A stretch of 64,000 nt of DNA from an uncultured Dehalococcoidia bacterium (GCA_964652755.1 CAZZBP010000002.1:34367-98366), one strand, 5' to 3'; counted from the first letter of the stretch, positions 53,947 to 62,970 are shown. Notes: generated by a model not told the origin, from the letters alone. Program-made: numbers and translations.

Positions 53947-55116
53947 TTAGCGTCTGCTCCTGACTAGGATCAATCCGCTAAATCCGACAAGCAACAATCC
54001 GAATATGAAGCTTACTTGCATTGCAACTCCAAGTACCTGTTCCCCGACGCTTGGTAGTCCAAGTTCCAGAATGTGTTGCGGCGTTTCTTCTACTTCTACT
54101 TCTACTTCTACAACAGGTGCTGGTGTAGCTACGGGTGCTGGTGTAGCTACGGGTGCCACTACCTCTGGTACTCCCTCTGGTGCGGGCAGATCGCCTGCGA
54201 CCAGAGTGAATGTAGCCATTCCTTGCCCGACTGAGTAAGCTTGGGAAGCCCCACCTTCGCCAGCGGTTGTGTCGACTGAACCGCTATTATCTGCGTCCCA
54301 ACCATTTCTCGCCGCTGATAAGTCATTGACTACTTTGTCTACGAATATTTGGGCTACCGCTGCACTTGATTGGCCGAGTATGTCATCTTCAGATGTGGTT
54401 GTAACCTCGGCCACCCATACGTTGATATTGGAAGTCACCGTAGCTATTTCTGTTACACCGTCTGTAATACTAGATTCATCCATTGCTGCCTGTCCGGCAG
54501 CTATGGCATGTGCATTGATGCTATCCGATAAACTCTCAACTCCTGCGATCGCGGCTACTACTTCAGTGATGTGTGAGTTAATTCCGTCAGTGTCTGACTC
54601 GACCTGCGCCGAGTGAGCTGAGGCTATTGCAGCATCTAGCGCTGTATTCAAGGAGGCTATGTCGTCAAGCATTGCCTTGATTTCGTCCACTGCCTCTCCT
54701 GGCAAGGCATCGCTATATATCGTGGTACCTGCAGGTTCCTCTGTTATTCTAATTCTGCTGTAACTTGCCAGCAGGTTTGCACCGTCATAGCTGTCTGATC
54801 CGCTGTCGAAAACGAGATCCACTGTTCCTGTGCCCTGTACTACGCCATGTACAACGGGTAGATTGACAGAGGCTGTCCCGAGCTCAAGAGTGTTTTTACC
54901 ATCGGCTGACACGAGAGACGCTAGGTAAGATGAGCCGGCGCTTGCTGGCGATATTCCGGTGAGAGAGATGGTTACAGAGTCACTCGTAGCCTGATCATCC
55001 TGCACCAACGCTGTACCGACTGATTCGGCCTCATCGTCGGCATGAGTCGCCAAAACAGGTATAACAAGCGTAAACAACATGAGGGCCACAATAACTAATG
55101 TCTTGGTCCTGAACAT
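53947..55116 (-). CDS. Secreted cell-surface protein with a Pro/Ala/Val-Glu repeat stalk and a C-terminal LPxTG-like sorting signal
   Basis: It has an N-terminal signal peptide (..LVIPVLATHADDE). The C-terminus reads ..PAPVATPAPVATPAPVVEVEVEVEE..LGLPSVG-EQ-(about 25 hydrophobic residues)-RSRR-stop. Confidence 0.6.
   Translation of the reverse strand: MFRTKTLVIVALMLFTLVIPVLATHADDEAESVGTALVQDDQATSDSVTISLTGISPASAGSSYLASLVSADGKNTLELGTASVNLPVVHGVVQGTGTVDLVFDSGSDSYDGANLLASYSRIRITEEPAGTTIYSDALPGEAVDEIKAMLDDIASLNTALDAAIASAHSAQVESDTDGINSHITEVVAAIAGVESLSDSINAHAIAAGQAAMDESSITDGVTEIATVTSNINVWVAEVTTTSEDDILGQSSAAVAQIFVDKVVNDLSAARNGWDADNSGSVDTTAGEGGASQAYSVGQGMATFTLVAGDLPAPEGVPEVVAPVATPAPVATPAPVVEVEVEVEETPQHILELGLPSVGEQVLGVAMQVSFIFGLLLVGFSGLILVRSRR
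54088..54157. repeat. In-gene tandem repeats: 4 x TTCTAC (54088-54111) and about 2.3 x an 18-nt unit GGTGCTGGTGTAGCTACG (54116-54157)
   Basis: Read directly from the sequence. On the minus strand the repeats encode (VE)4 and (PAPVAT)n of the surface-protein stalk. Confidence 0.9.
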
Positions 55117-55590
55117 GGCGTGTAAGCTGCCTCCTTGACCAGTTAATATGACTGGAGTTGCTTTCTTTATTGTTTAGTTATATTCGCCAACAACCCTAAC
55201 ACAATCAGACACACCATAATAGCGTCTGTTAGGCATTGATTTTGTTGGAAATCAATGCCTTTTCACCCAACTGTCTCAACATAATTTTATTATGCCGGCT
55301 GCTTATGCAGAATCACCAACCATGTAATTCTACACCGAAGGATAATACCAGTACCTTACTGGGCAGTCGAGAGTTTTTCCGATTTGAATTTAACAATAAG
55401 GTGAGATAATGAAGGCCTTCAAGCTTAAACGCCTCTCCATAACAGGGCAGATGCTTGAAAGACTATACGTAAGAGGTATATTGCATTGAAGTAATGGACA
55501 CGATCTCAACCGGCTAATCGAAGGTAACGAGATTTAATAGATGTTTTTTATAAATGGCATTGCAATAAACTGAATGTAGGCTATAAAACT

Positions 55591-56337
55591 TTGGACGAAT
55601 CTACATTGCTGCTCAAAAATAATCTCTGCAGAATGGGTCTTCCTTCAAGCTGGGAAATTTTGGAACAATTTTCAACGTTTCATGACTTATTGAAATCTTG
55701 GAACGCGAAAGTGAATCTGACAACCGTGGTTGCTTGGGAAGAGGCTGTCGAAAGGCACTATCTTGATTCTGCTGCTGTAACACTGGCCTATTCTTTTGAG
55801 CAGAAAGTAGAAGATCAGAGAATTAACGTGTTGGATGTGGGCTCCGGTGGAGGATTTCCTGGCGTTCCCTTAAAAATTCTGTTTCCTGACATTTGTCTTA
55901 CTCTTTTGGACTCCGTAAGGAAGAAAACTGTTTTTCTAGAAAAGGCAACTGCACATCAAGGATCCAAATCCGTAGAAATCCTTGGACGTCGAGCTGAATC
56001 GGCAGCCAAAGAAAAACAGCACCGACTAGCTTACGACTTGGTGGTTGCTAGGGCTGTTGCCGAACTTCAAGTATTAGCTGAACTGACGTTACCTTTTTGT
56101 AAAATCGGGGGCACTGTTGTAGCAATCAAAGGCGAGAACATTTTAAGTGAACTTGAAAACTCACTTGGTGCAATAGCTAAACTAGGGGGGGAAATCAGCG
56201 CGATCATTGATTGCAGTAATAGGTTCGAATTTCTCAAAAGTAACTTAGTTGTGATTTCCAAGACATCGGAAACTCCCTCCAGTTTTCCCAGAAGGCCTGG
56301 AATCCCTTTGAAAAGGCCAATTATGAGAGATACCTAA
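55591..56337 (+). CDS. rsmG: 16S rRNA (guanine527-N7)-methyltransferase RsmG (GidB)
   Basis: ..W N.K.NLT.. ....RH.LDS.. and the SAM motif ..VLDVGSGGGFPG.PLKI..P......L.DS..KK..FL.. are present. TTG start. Confidence 0.9.
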   Translation: MDESTLLLKNNLCRMGLPSSWEILEQFSTFHDLLKSWNAKVNLTTVVAWEEAVERHYLDSAAVTLAYSFEQKVEDQRINVLDVGSGGGFPGVPLKILFPDICLTLLDSVRKKTVFLEKATAHQGSKSVEILGRRAESAAKEKQHRLAYDLVVARAVAELQVLAELTLPFCKIGGTVVAIKGENILSELENSLGAIAKLGGEISAIIDCSNRFEFLKSNLVVISKTSETPSSFPRRPGIPLKRPIMRDT

Positions 56338-56363
56338 GTGAAGGTAGCTAAAGAGTTACCTAA

Positions 56364-57407
56364 TTGAATACCTCACATCGGAGTGAAGACTCCTCAGTTC
56401 CGATCAAGAAGAGAATTTTCTCTCTGCCAACACTTTTGTCTTTTGTAGCCGCTGTTTGTCTTTTCTATTTTCTGACTTCCAGATTTGAATTAGATTGGGC
56501 GGAAACCGGTTCTAATATTAAACGTCTAAATCCTCTGACATATGTTGGTGCATTCCTAATCTACTATTCTAGTTTCTTGTTTCGTGGTTTGAGGTGGAGA
56601 TACCTTGGGCTTAACGCTTGGGAACATCGTGACGAACTTACCAAGCGTTCCTTAAGTAACAGATCCTTGCCTAGCGTTATGACTTGCAGCCTCTTAATTT
56701 TATGTGGATGGTTCGTCAATTCGATTGCTTGGCTGAGGATAGGGGATGCGTATAGAGCCTATGCGTTTGGTTCGGAAAGTGGCAAAGGATTTTCGTGGAG
56801 TTTGGGAACGATACTAGCGGAGCGAGTGCTGGATATGGTGACAGTGGCCACAGCCCTAATAATATCCGTGCTTCTATTATCCAGAACCATGGAAAGTAGG
56901 ATTTCCGTCGTTCTCCTGTTTTCAGCAATCGTTATGGCTGCTGCGCTCATAGGAATGGTCGTGGGCCTTTTTTACACAGGGGGTCGGATCACCAATATCT
57001 TACCGAATAGACTGAGGGGCGCTGTGCTTAATTTTAAGGCTGGCGTGGTAGGAAGTTTTGATCGCTTGCTTCTTCTTGCTGTTTTGGGATTGTTGGGGTG
57101 GTTAATGGAGGTTTTAAGGTTGTGGCTTGTAGTGGACTCACTGGGCATCTCAGTAGGATTAGTCCTCCTTGTAGTGGTTACAATTGGGAGCTCCGTACTT
57201 TCCACAATACCGACGCCGGGTGGTGTAGGTGCGGTAGAGCCAGGCATGACAGCTTTACTTCTGCTTGGGATTAGTGGGCCTGAGGCGGCAGCGGTCACAC
57301 TTTGTGACAGATCAGTTACATATTTGAGCGTCTTAGTTATCGGCGGCTTAGTTTTTTTTATTAGACAGACTAGATACTTTAGAGGCAAGAAAACATCTTG
57401 TGCTTGA
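56364..57407 (+). CDS. Flippase-like / lysylphosphatidylglycerol-synthase TM-region family membrane protein (UPF0104-like)
   Basis: 347 aa with about 8 TM segments. ..FRGLRWRYL.. and a C-terminal ..P.PGGVGAVE.. motif are typical of this family. TTG start. Confidence 0.65.
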   Translation: MNTSHRSEDSSVPIKKRIFSLPTLLSFVAAVCLFYFLTSRFELDWAETGSNIKRLNPLTYVGAFLIYYSSFLFRGLRWRYLGLNAWEHRDELTKRSLSNRSLPSVMTCSLLILCGWFVNSIAWLRIGDAYRAYAFGSESGKGFSWSLGTILAERVLDMVTVATALIISVLLLSRTMESRISVVLLFSAIVMAAALIGMVVGLFYTGGRITNILPNRLRGAVLNFKAGVVGSFDRLLLLAVLGLLGWLMEVLRLWLVVDSLGISVGLVLLVVVTIGSSVLSTIPTPGGVGAVEPGMTALLLLGISGPEAAAVTLCDRSVTYLSVLVIGGLVFFIRQTRYFRGKKTSCA

Positions 57408-57640
57408 TGAATAGAACATCATTCACAGGAGATTTTTGATCATTCGGTCATGTATCTGCTAAAAGTAAACGTGCCTAATCTTTTGCTAATGACTGTTATG
57501 CTATTCATGTAATTCCCTTATTGACTTAAGCAGATATACTGCCTAGACTAGCGGGTATATGATGACAATCAAGGTATATATTATCCGTTAGGAACGCTAC
57601 ACATAGGGCTCTGGATTCCATAATAAGGGAGGGGTTTTAG

Positions 57641-58894
57641 ATGGCACTCAAACATGTACATCATGTAATTGCAAGACCTGGTAGGAAAGATGGCGACTCC
57701 GATGTCTCTATTAAAGTAGCTGATGAACTCGCTACAGTTCCTGGGATTCCCCAGAAAGAAATTGATGTTGACTTCTACAGTCGAAACTATCCATTAGAGA
57801 CCCAGAATATCGAAAAAGCTGCAGACCGCGAATGGGTTTGGACTGTATACACAGGTGAGATGTATGAGTATCGAAAGCAACATGACGAGGATAATAAGCC
57901 CCTCGTCGAGGCTGCCTTTGTTTCTGGTGACATTAAACCTGAAGCAGAGCCAATAGTTGGTAAGGACGTAACCGAAGAGATTCGTAAGAAGGCGAGGGAA
58001 CTTGGATTTGGGGAAGTAGGATTTACGAAATACGATCGGCGATACACATATAAAAGTAAAAAAGGCTGGGTAAAGTATGAGCATGCCATCTGCCTCGCAC
58101 TTGAGCAGGACTACTGGCAAACACAAACTATCCCTAGCATGCAGGCTGAATTCGCTCATTTTGGAACCTACGAAGAAGAAGGTGCCTACGCGCTGGAGCT
58201 AGCGGAGTTTATTCGATCCCTTGGGTATGGTGCCCAAATCCACAGCCCCAATGATAATAGTGCCGCCTACATCCCAATGTTTGTGGAGGCAGGTCTTGGT
58301 CAACTTGGCGCCAATGGTCAGCTGCTATCCCCACACTTCGGCTCACGGTCACGCATTATGATCATTTCGACGGATGCCGAAGTCACATACGATGAGCCGG
58401 TTGATTACGGTATTCACAAATTCTGCGAACAATGTCAGGTATGTGTCAATCGATGTCCGGGTAGAGCTCTTGTTAAGGAAAAAGTTTGGTGGAGAGGCGC
58501 GGAGAAGCATAAGCTAATGTACGATCGATGCCGGCCCGTGATGGCGACCTATGAGGGGTGCGGCGTGTGTATGTTGGTTTGTCCTATACAGCGATATGGT
58601 ATGCCCTCAGTAATGGAGCATTTCGTTGAGACGGGCAACATATTGGGCAAAGGTACTCATAACCTCGAAGGTTATGAAATCAGAGGTAAGGGATACTTTG
58701 GCCCTGACGAATTGCCCTCCTTCGACAGGGGATTCTTTGACTTTCCACACGGAACCAAAGATGAATGGCTTTTCGATCAGTTTAAGAAAAAATTAGAGGA
58801 GAGAGGATCTGCCTCAGAAGACGATGCGAAAGAGTTTGCAGATGAGTTGGCCGAGATTCTCACTGAAAAGACTGGATACGATGCCGGTCTATAG
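57641..58894 (+). CDS. RdhA/QueG-superfamily iron-sulfur protein (reductive-dehalogenase-like, cytoplasmic type)
   Basis: ..ARELGFGEVGF.. and ..EAGLGQLG.NG.L..P.FGSR.R...I.TD.. motifs are present. The first 4Fe-4S motif is CEQCQVCVNRCP. The second is the truncated C-x11-CGVCMLVCP motif characteristic of this superfamily. There is no Tat (RR) signal and no TM segment. Confidence 0.6.
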   Translation: MALKHVHHVIARPGRKDGDSDVSIKVADELATVPGIPQKEIDVDFYSRNYPLETQNIEKAADREWVWTVYTGEMYEYRKQHDEDNKPLVEAAFVSGDIKPEAEPIVGKDVTEEIRKKARELGFGEVGFTKYDRRYTYKSKKGWVKYEHAICLALEQDYWQTQTIPSMQAEFAHFGTYEEEGAYALELAEFIRSLGYGAQIHSPNDNSAAYIPMFVEAGLGQLGANGQLLSPHFGSRSRIMIISTDAEVTYDEPVDYGIHKFCEQCQVCVNRCPGRALVKEKVWWRGAEKHKLMYDRCRPVMATYEGCGVCMLVCPIQRYGMPSVMEHFVETGNILGKGTHNLEGYEIRGKGYFGPDELPSFDRGFFDFPHGTKDEWLFDQFKKKLEERGSASEDDAKEFADELAEILTEKTGYDAGL

Positions 58895-58968
58895 AGAATT
58901 AAAGCGGCTCTAGGAACTAAATGTGACAGGGCTGTGAAGAGATTTCAGCCATAATGGCAGGCGCTTAA

Positions 58969-59166
58969 ATGTACCAGAAAGCACATATTGATAATCTGTT
59001 TGCTGAATTAAATAGTGATGAATTTAGAAATATGCCGGAAAGTGAGCAACTGCATAGAGACGCCCATCTTGCTATTGCTTACTACGACTCGGGGCGTGAC
59101 ATTCCAGATACGATCGATCCTCGAGTCATAGATCTTATGGATAAACACGGTCCTTCTGAAGAATAG
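58969..59166 (+). CDS. Hypothetical small acidic protein (65 aa)
   Basis: ORF only. It is not hydrophobic, so it is not an RdhB-type anchor. No motif recognised. Confidence 0.3.
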   Translation: MYQKAHIDNLFAELNSDEFRNMPESEQLHRDAHLAIAYYDSGRDIPDTIDPRVIDLMDKHGPSEE

Positions 59167-59360
59167 GTTATTTACCTTGACGCTCTCGGTATTGGCAGAC
59201 TGAGTTTTCTCAGACTCATCAAATCTACTAATTCGCTACTTTTTATACACGTTTTGGGTTAGATAGGGGGTTGCCGGACCGGTCTTGTTGTCCGTTTTTT
59301 AAGACTAACCAATCTTGATTTACAGTGGATTTTAGATTTCTTATAGGAGGTGGAGAAATC

Positions 59361-61052
59361 ATGGCAACGAAAACTAAGAATTTGGCCCTTCTTAAACATA
59401 AATCAGGTGTTGTCAGCCTTGGTCCTGACAGAGCTCCCGCGAGGTCAATGCTTAGAGCAGTCGGACTGAATGATGATGATATGGAGAAGCCATTTGTTGC
59501 TGTGGCGAATTTAGCCAGTGATGTAACTCCTTGCAATGTGCACCTCACACGTATTGCAGAGAAGGCTAAGCAGGGACTTTGGGATGCTCAAGCTGTTCCA
59601 TTTATGTTTGGCACGATAACAATAAGTGACGGCATATCTATGGGGACTGAGGGAATGAAGGGTTCTCTCGTTAGTCGCGAAGTAATAGCTGACTCCATTG
59701 AGACTGTTTGTTTTACGGAGGGTATGGATGGCCTAATAGTGGTCGCTGCGTGCGATAAGAACATGCCTGGCGCGATGATGTCGATGGCTCGATTAAACAT
59801 ACCTTCAGTTTTTGTCTATGGAGGGGCTATACTGCCTGGATCCTACGAGGGGCAGGATATAAATATCCAGGATATGTATGAGGCTGTCGGGGCATACTCA
59901 AAATGTCAGATGACCCTGGATGAACTTCTTAATATGGAGCGCGTGGCCTGTCCTGGAGAAGGGGCATGCTCTGGAATGTTTACGGCGAATACTATGGCTT
60001 CTGCAATAGAAGCAATGGGGATGTCAGTCTCCGGGGCCGCGTCTATTCCGGCGGTGGATGATCGAAATCTGGACGTTGCACATGAAGCAGGCACTCATTT
60101 GTATTCGATGTTGGAGAAAGGAGTGAAGCCAAGAGACATCATGACAAGAGCTGCTTTTGAAAACGCGATCAGACTTGTTCTAGCCATGGGCGGTTCTACC
60201 AATGCTGTGCTACATTTGCTAGCCATTGCACGCGAGGCAGAGGTTGACCTTACCATTGATGATTTTGACGCCTTGAGTAGGGAGACGCCCTACCTTACCG
60301 ATTTGAGGCCAGGTGGCAAATATGTGATGTCCGACGTGGACAAAGCCGGCGGAGTACAGGTCGTCCTTAAAGAACTTCTTGATGGCGGCATGTTGCACGG
60401 AGATGCCATGACCATTAACGGAAAAACAATAGGGGATAATCTTCAAGCAGTTACAACAAAACCAGATGAAAGAGTTATATTCTCTATACCCAATTCCAAA
60501 AGTTCGACTGGCGGTCTTGCGATACTGAAGGGAAACCTTGCACCGGAAGGGGCAGTAATCAAAGTTTCTGGAACTAGACACCATCAGCATGAAGGGCCTG
60601 CGAAAGTTTATGACGGTGAAAGAGCCGCCTTTGAGGCTGTTACCAACGGTGAAATAGAAGACGGGGATGTTTTGGTCATCCGATATGAAGGCCCAAAAGG
60701 GGGACCTGGCATGCAGGAAATGCTAGCGGTTACGGGGGCTATTATAGGGGCTGGCCTAGGGGATTCTACCCTGCTTATAACTGACGGCAGGTTTTCTGGA
60801 GCTACTAGAGGACCAATGATAGGGCACGTCGCTCCTGAAGCGGCAGTTGGGGGTCCCATAGGGCTTATAAACCAAGGCGATGTTATATCGATGGATGTAG
60901 AGTCTCGTCAATTGAATGTTAAGATCACGGATGCTGAACTTGAAGAACGGAAGAAAGCGTGGCAGCCTCGGAAGACTAACTATGAGAGAGGAGTTCTAGC
61001 CAAATACGCCAAGCTAGTTTCCTCAGCTTCCATAGGAGCGGTAACAAGCTAA
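59361..61052 (+). CDS. ilvD: Dihydroxy-acid dehydratase
   Basis: ..RAP.RSMLRA.G..D.D..KP.V.VAN.., ..CDKN.PG..M.. and ..CPG.G.C.GM.TANTM.. (Fe-S ligands) are present. ATG 59361 has an AGGAGG RBS 10 nt upstream. The ORF track starts at 59325. Confidence 0.93.
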   Translation: MATKTKNLALLKHKSGVVSLGPDRAPARSMLRAVGLNDDDMEKPFVAVANLASDVTPCNVHLTRIAEKAKQGLWDAQAVPFMFGTITISDGISMGTEGMKGSLVSREVIADSIETVCFTEGMDGLIVVAACDKNMPGAMMSMARLNIPSVFVYGGAILPGSYEGQDINIQDMYEAVGAYSKCQMTLDELLNMERVACPGEGACSGMFTANTMASAIEAMGMSVSGAASIPAVDDRNLDVAHEAGTHLYSMLEKGVKPRDIMTRAAFENAIRLVLAMGGSTNAVLHLLAIAREAEVDLTIDDFDALSRETPYLTDLRPGGKYVMSDVDKAGGVQVVLKELLDGGMLHGDAMTINGKTIGDNLQAVTTKPDERVIFSIPNSKSSTGGLAILKGNLAPEGAVIKVSGTRHHQHEGPAKVYDGERAAFEAVTNGEIEDGDVLVIRYEGPKGGPGMQEMLAVTGAIIGAGLGDSTLLITDGRFSGATRGPMIGHVAPEAAVGGPIGLINQGDVISMDVESRQLNVKITDAELEERKKAWQPRKTNYERGVLAKYAKLVSSASIGAVTS

Positions 61053-61199
61053 TGAGAACAACCCGGGTTTTCGCACACCCGTAATGGGAGATCAGGACGA
61101 GGGTCTGACTTAAGAACCTCGGGCAGTGATATAATTCACAAACGGTGAGAGGCCACCCAAGGTTAGACCTGCCGTGATAGGAGGCTTTCAAAGCCGTCA

Positions 61200-61877
61200 A
61201 TGAGAACTGCATTATTCTCACTTACCACATTACTGATGTTAGTCACCATCTATCTCGTGTTCATGTGGGTTCCAACAGAGCAAAATCTCGGAATATCACA
61301 AAGGATTTTCTATTTCCATGTGCCCTTGGGATGGATAGGGATGGTGTCGATTTTCGTCGTAGGGATAGCGAGTCTAATTCATCTATTTACGAGAAATGAC
61401 AAATGGGATTCAATCGCTTATTCAGCGGCCGAGCTTGGCTTAATTTTTGCGACACTAATTCTTGTGACTGGTGCGATTTGGGCGAAGCCGGTCTGGGGTG
61501 TCTGGTGGACGTGGGACCCAAAGCTAACTACTACGCTGATACTCTGGTTCATTTACGTCGGATATCTGATGGTTCGGGCGTATGCTCCTAAAGGATCAAG
61601 AGGAACGCGATATGCCTCGGTAGTTGCCTTACTCGGTGCTTTGGATGCTCCGCTAATCTATATGGCATCTATATGGTGGAGAACGGCTCACCCGGATCTG
61701 AACATAGGTCCTTTCGCGGAATCGGGGGGCCTTGATTCTAGTATGAGTCTAACTTTCTGGACGGCATTCGTAGCGTTTACTGTTTTTTATATCTATATTT
61801 TAGTCGAGAGAATCGCGATGAGACGGGCAGAGGATGCCCTTGACGAGGTACATCAGTATGTTGCTAACAGTGGTTAG
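61200..61877 (+). CDS. ccmC: Cytochrome c biogenesis heme exporter CcmC
   Basis: The W-rich WWD motif [17 protein letters not shown] and conserved His-containing loops (..FYFHVP.., ..WWRTAHP..) are present. 6 TM segments. Confidence 0.9.
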   Translation: MRTALFSLTTLLMLVTIYLVFMWVPTEQNLGISQRIFYFHVPLGWIGMVSIFVVGIASLIHLFTRNDKWDSIAYSAAELGLIFATLILVTGAIWAKPVWGVWWTWDPKLTTTLILWFIYVGYLMVRAYAPKGSRGTRYASVVALLGALDAPLIYMASIWWRTAHPDLNIGPFAESGGLDSSMSLTFWTAFVAFTVFYIYILVERIAMRRAEDALDEVHQYVANSG

Positions 61878-62148
61878 AAAAAGGCTATGCCTTCTAGTGA
61901 TTTCAGGATTGGTATTTTTTTTAACAAACCCGGTTCATTCTTTAATGGCCTCTTCTCTGGAGGTTTACCCTTCGGGAGGACAGGATCCTGAAGCTAATTT
62001 AAAGTTCTTGTTTGCTGTTTTCTTTTTAACTTGGATAGCTTTCTTTGCTTATGTCTTCTTTCTATCAAAACGCTTGAAGGAGATGAAACGGGAACTCCAG
62101 TCGCTGAAGAAAACATTGGCTGGAAACGATTCTTACAAGGGTAAATAA
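61858..62148 (+). CDS. ccmD: CcmD-like small membrane protein (with an extra N-terminal hydrophobic segment)
   Basis: It sits between ccmC and ccmE. The TM helix FLFAVFFLTWIAFFAYVFFL is followed by a basic helix SKRLKEMKRELQSLKK, as in CcmD. The start is uncertain (61834, 61858 or 61945). Confidence 0.55.
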   Translation: MLLTVVRKRLCLLVISGLVFFLTNPVHSLMASSLEVYPSGGQDPEANLKFLFAVFFLTWIAFFAYVFFLSKRLKEMKRELQSLKKTLAGNDSYKGK

Positions 62149-62158
62149 TTTATAAGAT

Positions 62159-62626
62159 ATGAGTGAAAGACAGGAAATAGCAAAGCCAGATCAAGGCGCG
62201 ACAGGACTAATTACTGCAAATAGAGGTAAAGCGCTTATTGCTGCTGTTGTGTTGTTCTCAGCTCTTGGATATTTTGCATATGTAGCCTTCCAAGGAGCCA
62301 CAGTATATTACTTTACGGTGGGTGAGATTAACGATCAACCTGCAACTGCCGAAGGTAAAGTGGTACGCGTGAGTGGAAAACTAGTAGCCGAGTCTTTCCA
62401 TAGAACCGAAGGTTCGACGCTCGCTCATTTCACTCTTACGGACGGTGACCAGGTAATGCAGGCGAAACATGACGGGGTACTTCCAGATCTCTTTTTTAAC
62501 GAGCATTCTGAGATTATTCTTGAAGGTACTTACGTGCCTGGTAGTGAATTTCATAGTCAGAATGTAATTGTGAAATGTCCCTCTAAATATGTAGCTATGG
62601 CCGAAGAGAATAAAGATAAAAGCTAG
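62159..62626 (+). CDS. ccmE: Cytochrome c maturation heme chaperone CcmE, variant with CxxxY in place of HxxxY
   Basis: It has an N-terminal TM anchor, an OB-fold core (..VRVSGKLV.., ..F.LTDG......A.HDGVLPDLF.E..E.ILEG..), and a C-terminal heme-binding motif reading VIVKCPSKYV. Confidence 0.85.
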   Translation: MSERQEIAKPDQGATGLITANRGKALIAAVVLFSALGYFAYVAFQGATVYYFTVGEINDQPATAEGKVVRVSGKLVAESFHRTEGSTLAHFTLTDGDQVMQAKHDGVLPDLFFNEHSEIILEGTYVPGSEFHSQNVIVKCPSKYVAMAEENKDKS

Positions 62627-62655
62627 TTCCTTTGTTGGGTATAGCCAAGTCGCTA

Positions 62656-62934
62656 TCCTAAACTCTCTGCTACTAGTTCGACGAGATTTTTCACTCTGCG
62701 GAAATCACTTACACCTTTTGATTGGACTCATTCCTCCATCATTTCCATGCAAAATGGACAAGATACTCCAACAGTGTCGGCTCCGGTTTCCAGAAACTGG
62801 TCTGTTCGAGCATGATTCACTCGGGATGTCCCTTCTTCCTCATACCACATATGTCCACCGCCCGCGCCACGGCAGAACCCATTGCCGCGGCAATTTTTCA
62901 TCTCCACAAGCTCGAGGCCAGGAATTGATTTTGT
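62656..62934 (-). pseudogene. Remnant of the C-terminal CCG (Cys-rich) domain of an Hdr/GlcF-like Fe-S oxidoreductase
   Basis: Manual minus-strand translation gives (TGA)-TKSIPGLELVEMKNCRGNGFCRGAGGGHMWYEEEGTSRVNHARTDQFLETGADTVGVSCPFCMEMMEE-TGA-VQSKGVSDFRRVKNLVELVAESLG-TAG. There is no N-terminal part, the CCG motif is degraded to CRG, and there is an internal TGA at 62728-30. Confidence 0.7.
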
Positions 62935-62970
62935 TCACCTTACAGTCACTCTTGACGTATACGTATGCTG

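Noticed and set aside
54088-54157. Tandem repeats as a CRISPR-like or minisatellite element.
   Set aside because: The units are 6 and 18 nt, contiguous without spacers, in frame, and encode the VE and PAPVAT stalk of a surface protein. They are coding repeats.
59275-59300. A short stem CGGAC..GTCCG followed by T6 upstream of ilvD, as an attenuator or terminator.
   Set aside because: The stem is only 5 bp with a 10-nt loop. No leader peptide rich in Ile/Leu/Val and no T-box features are visible. The signal is too weak to report as a feature.
62728-62730. The internal TGA of the CCG-domain fragment as a recoding site.
   Set aside because: The fragment lacks its whole N-terminal part, is bounded by another TGA upstream, and has a degraded CCG motif (CRG). 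This is consistent with a dead remnant.
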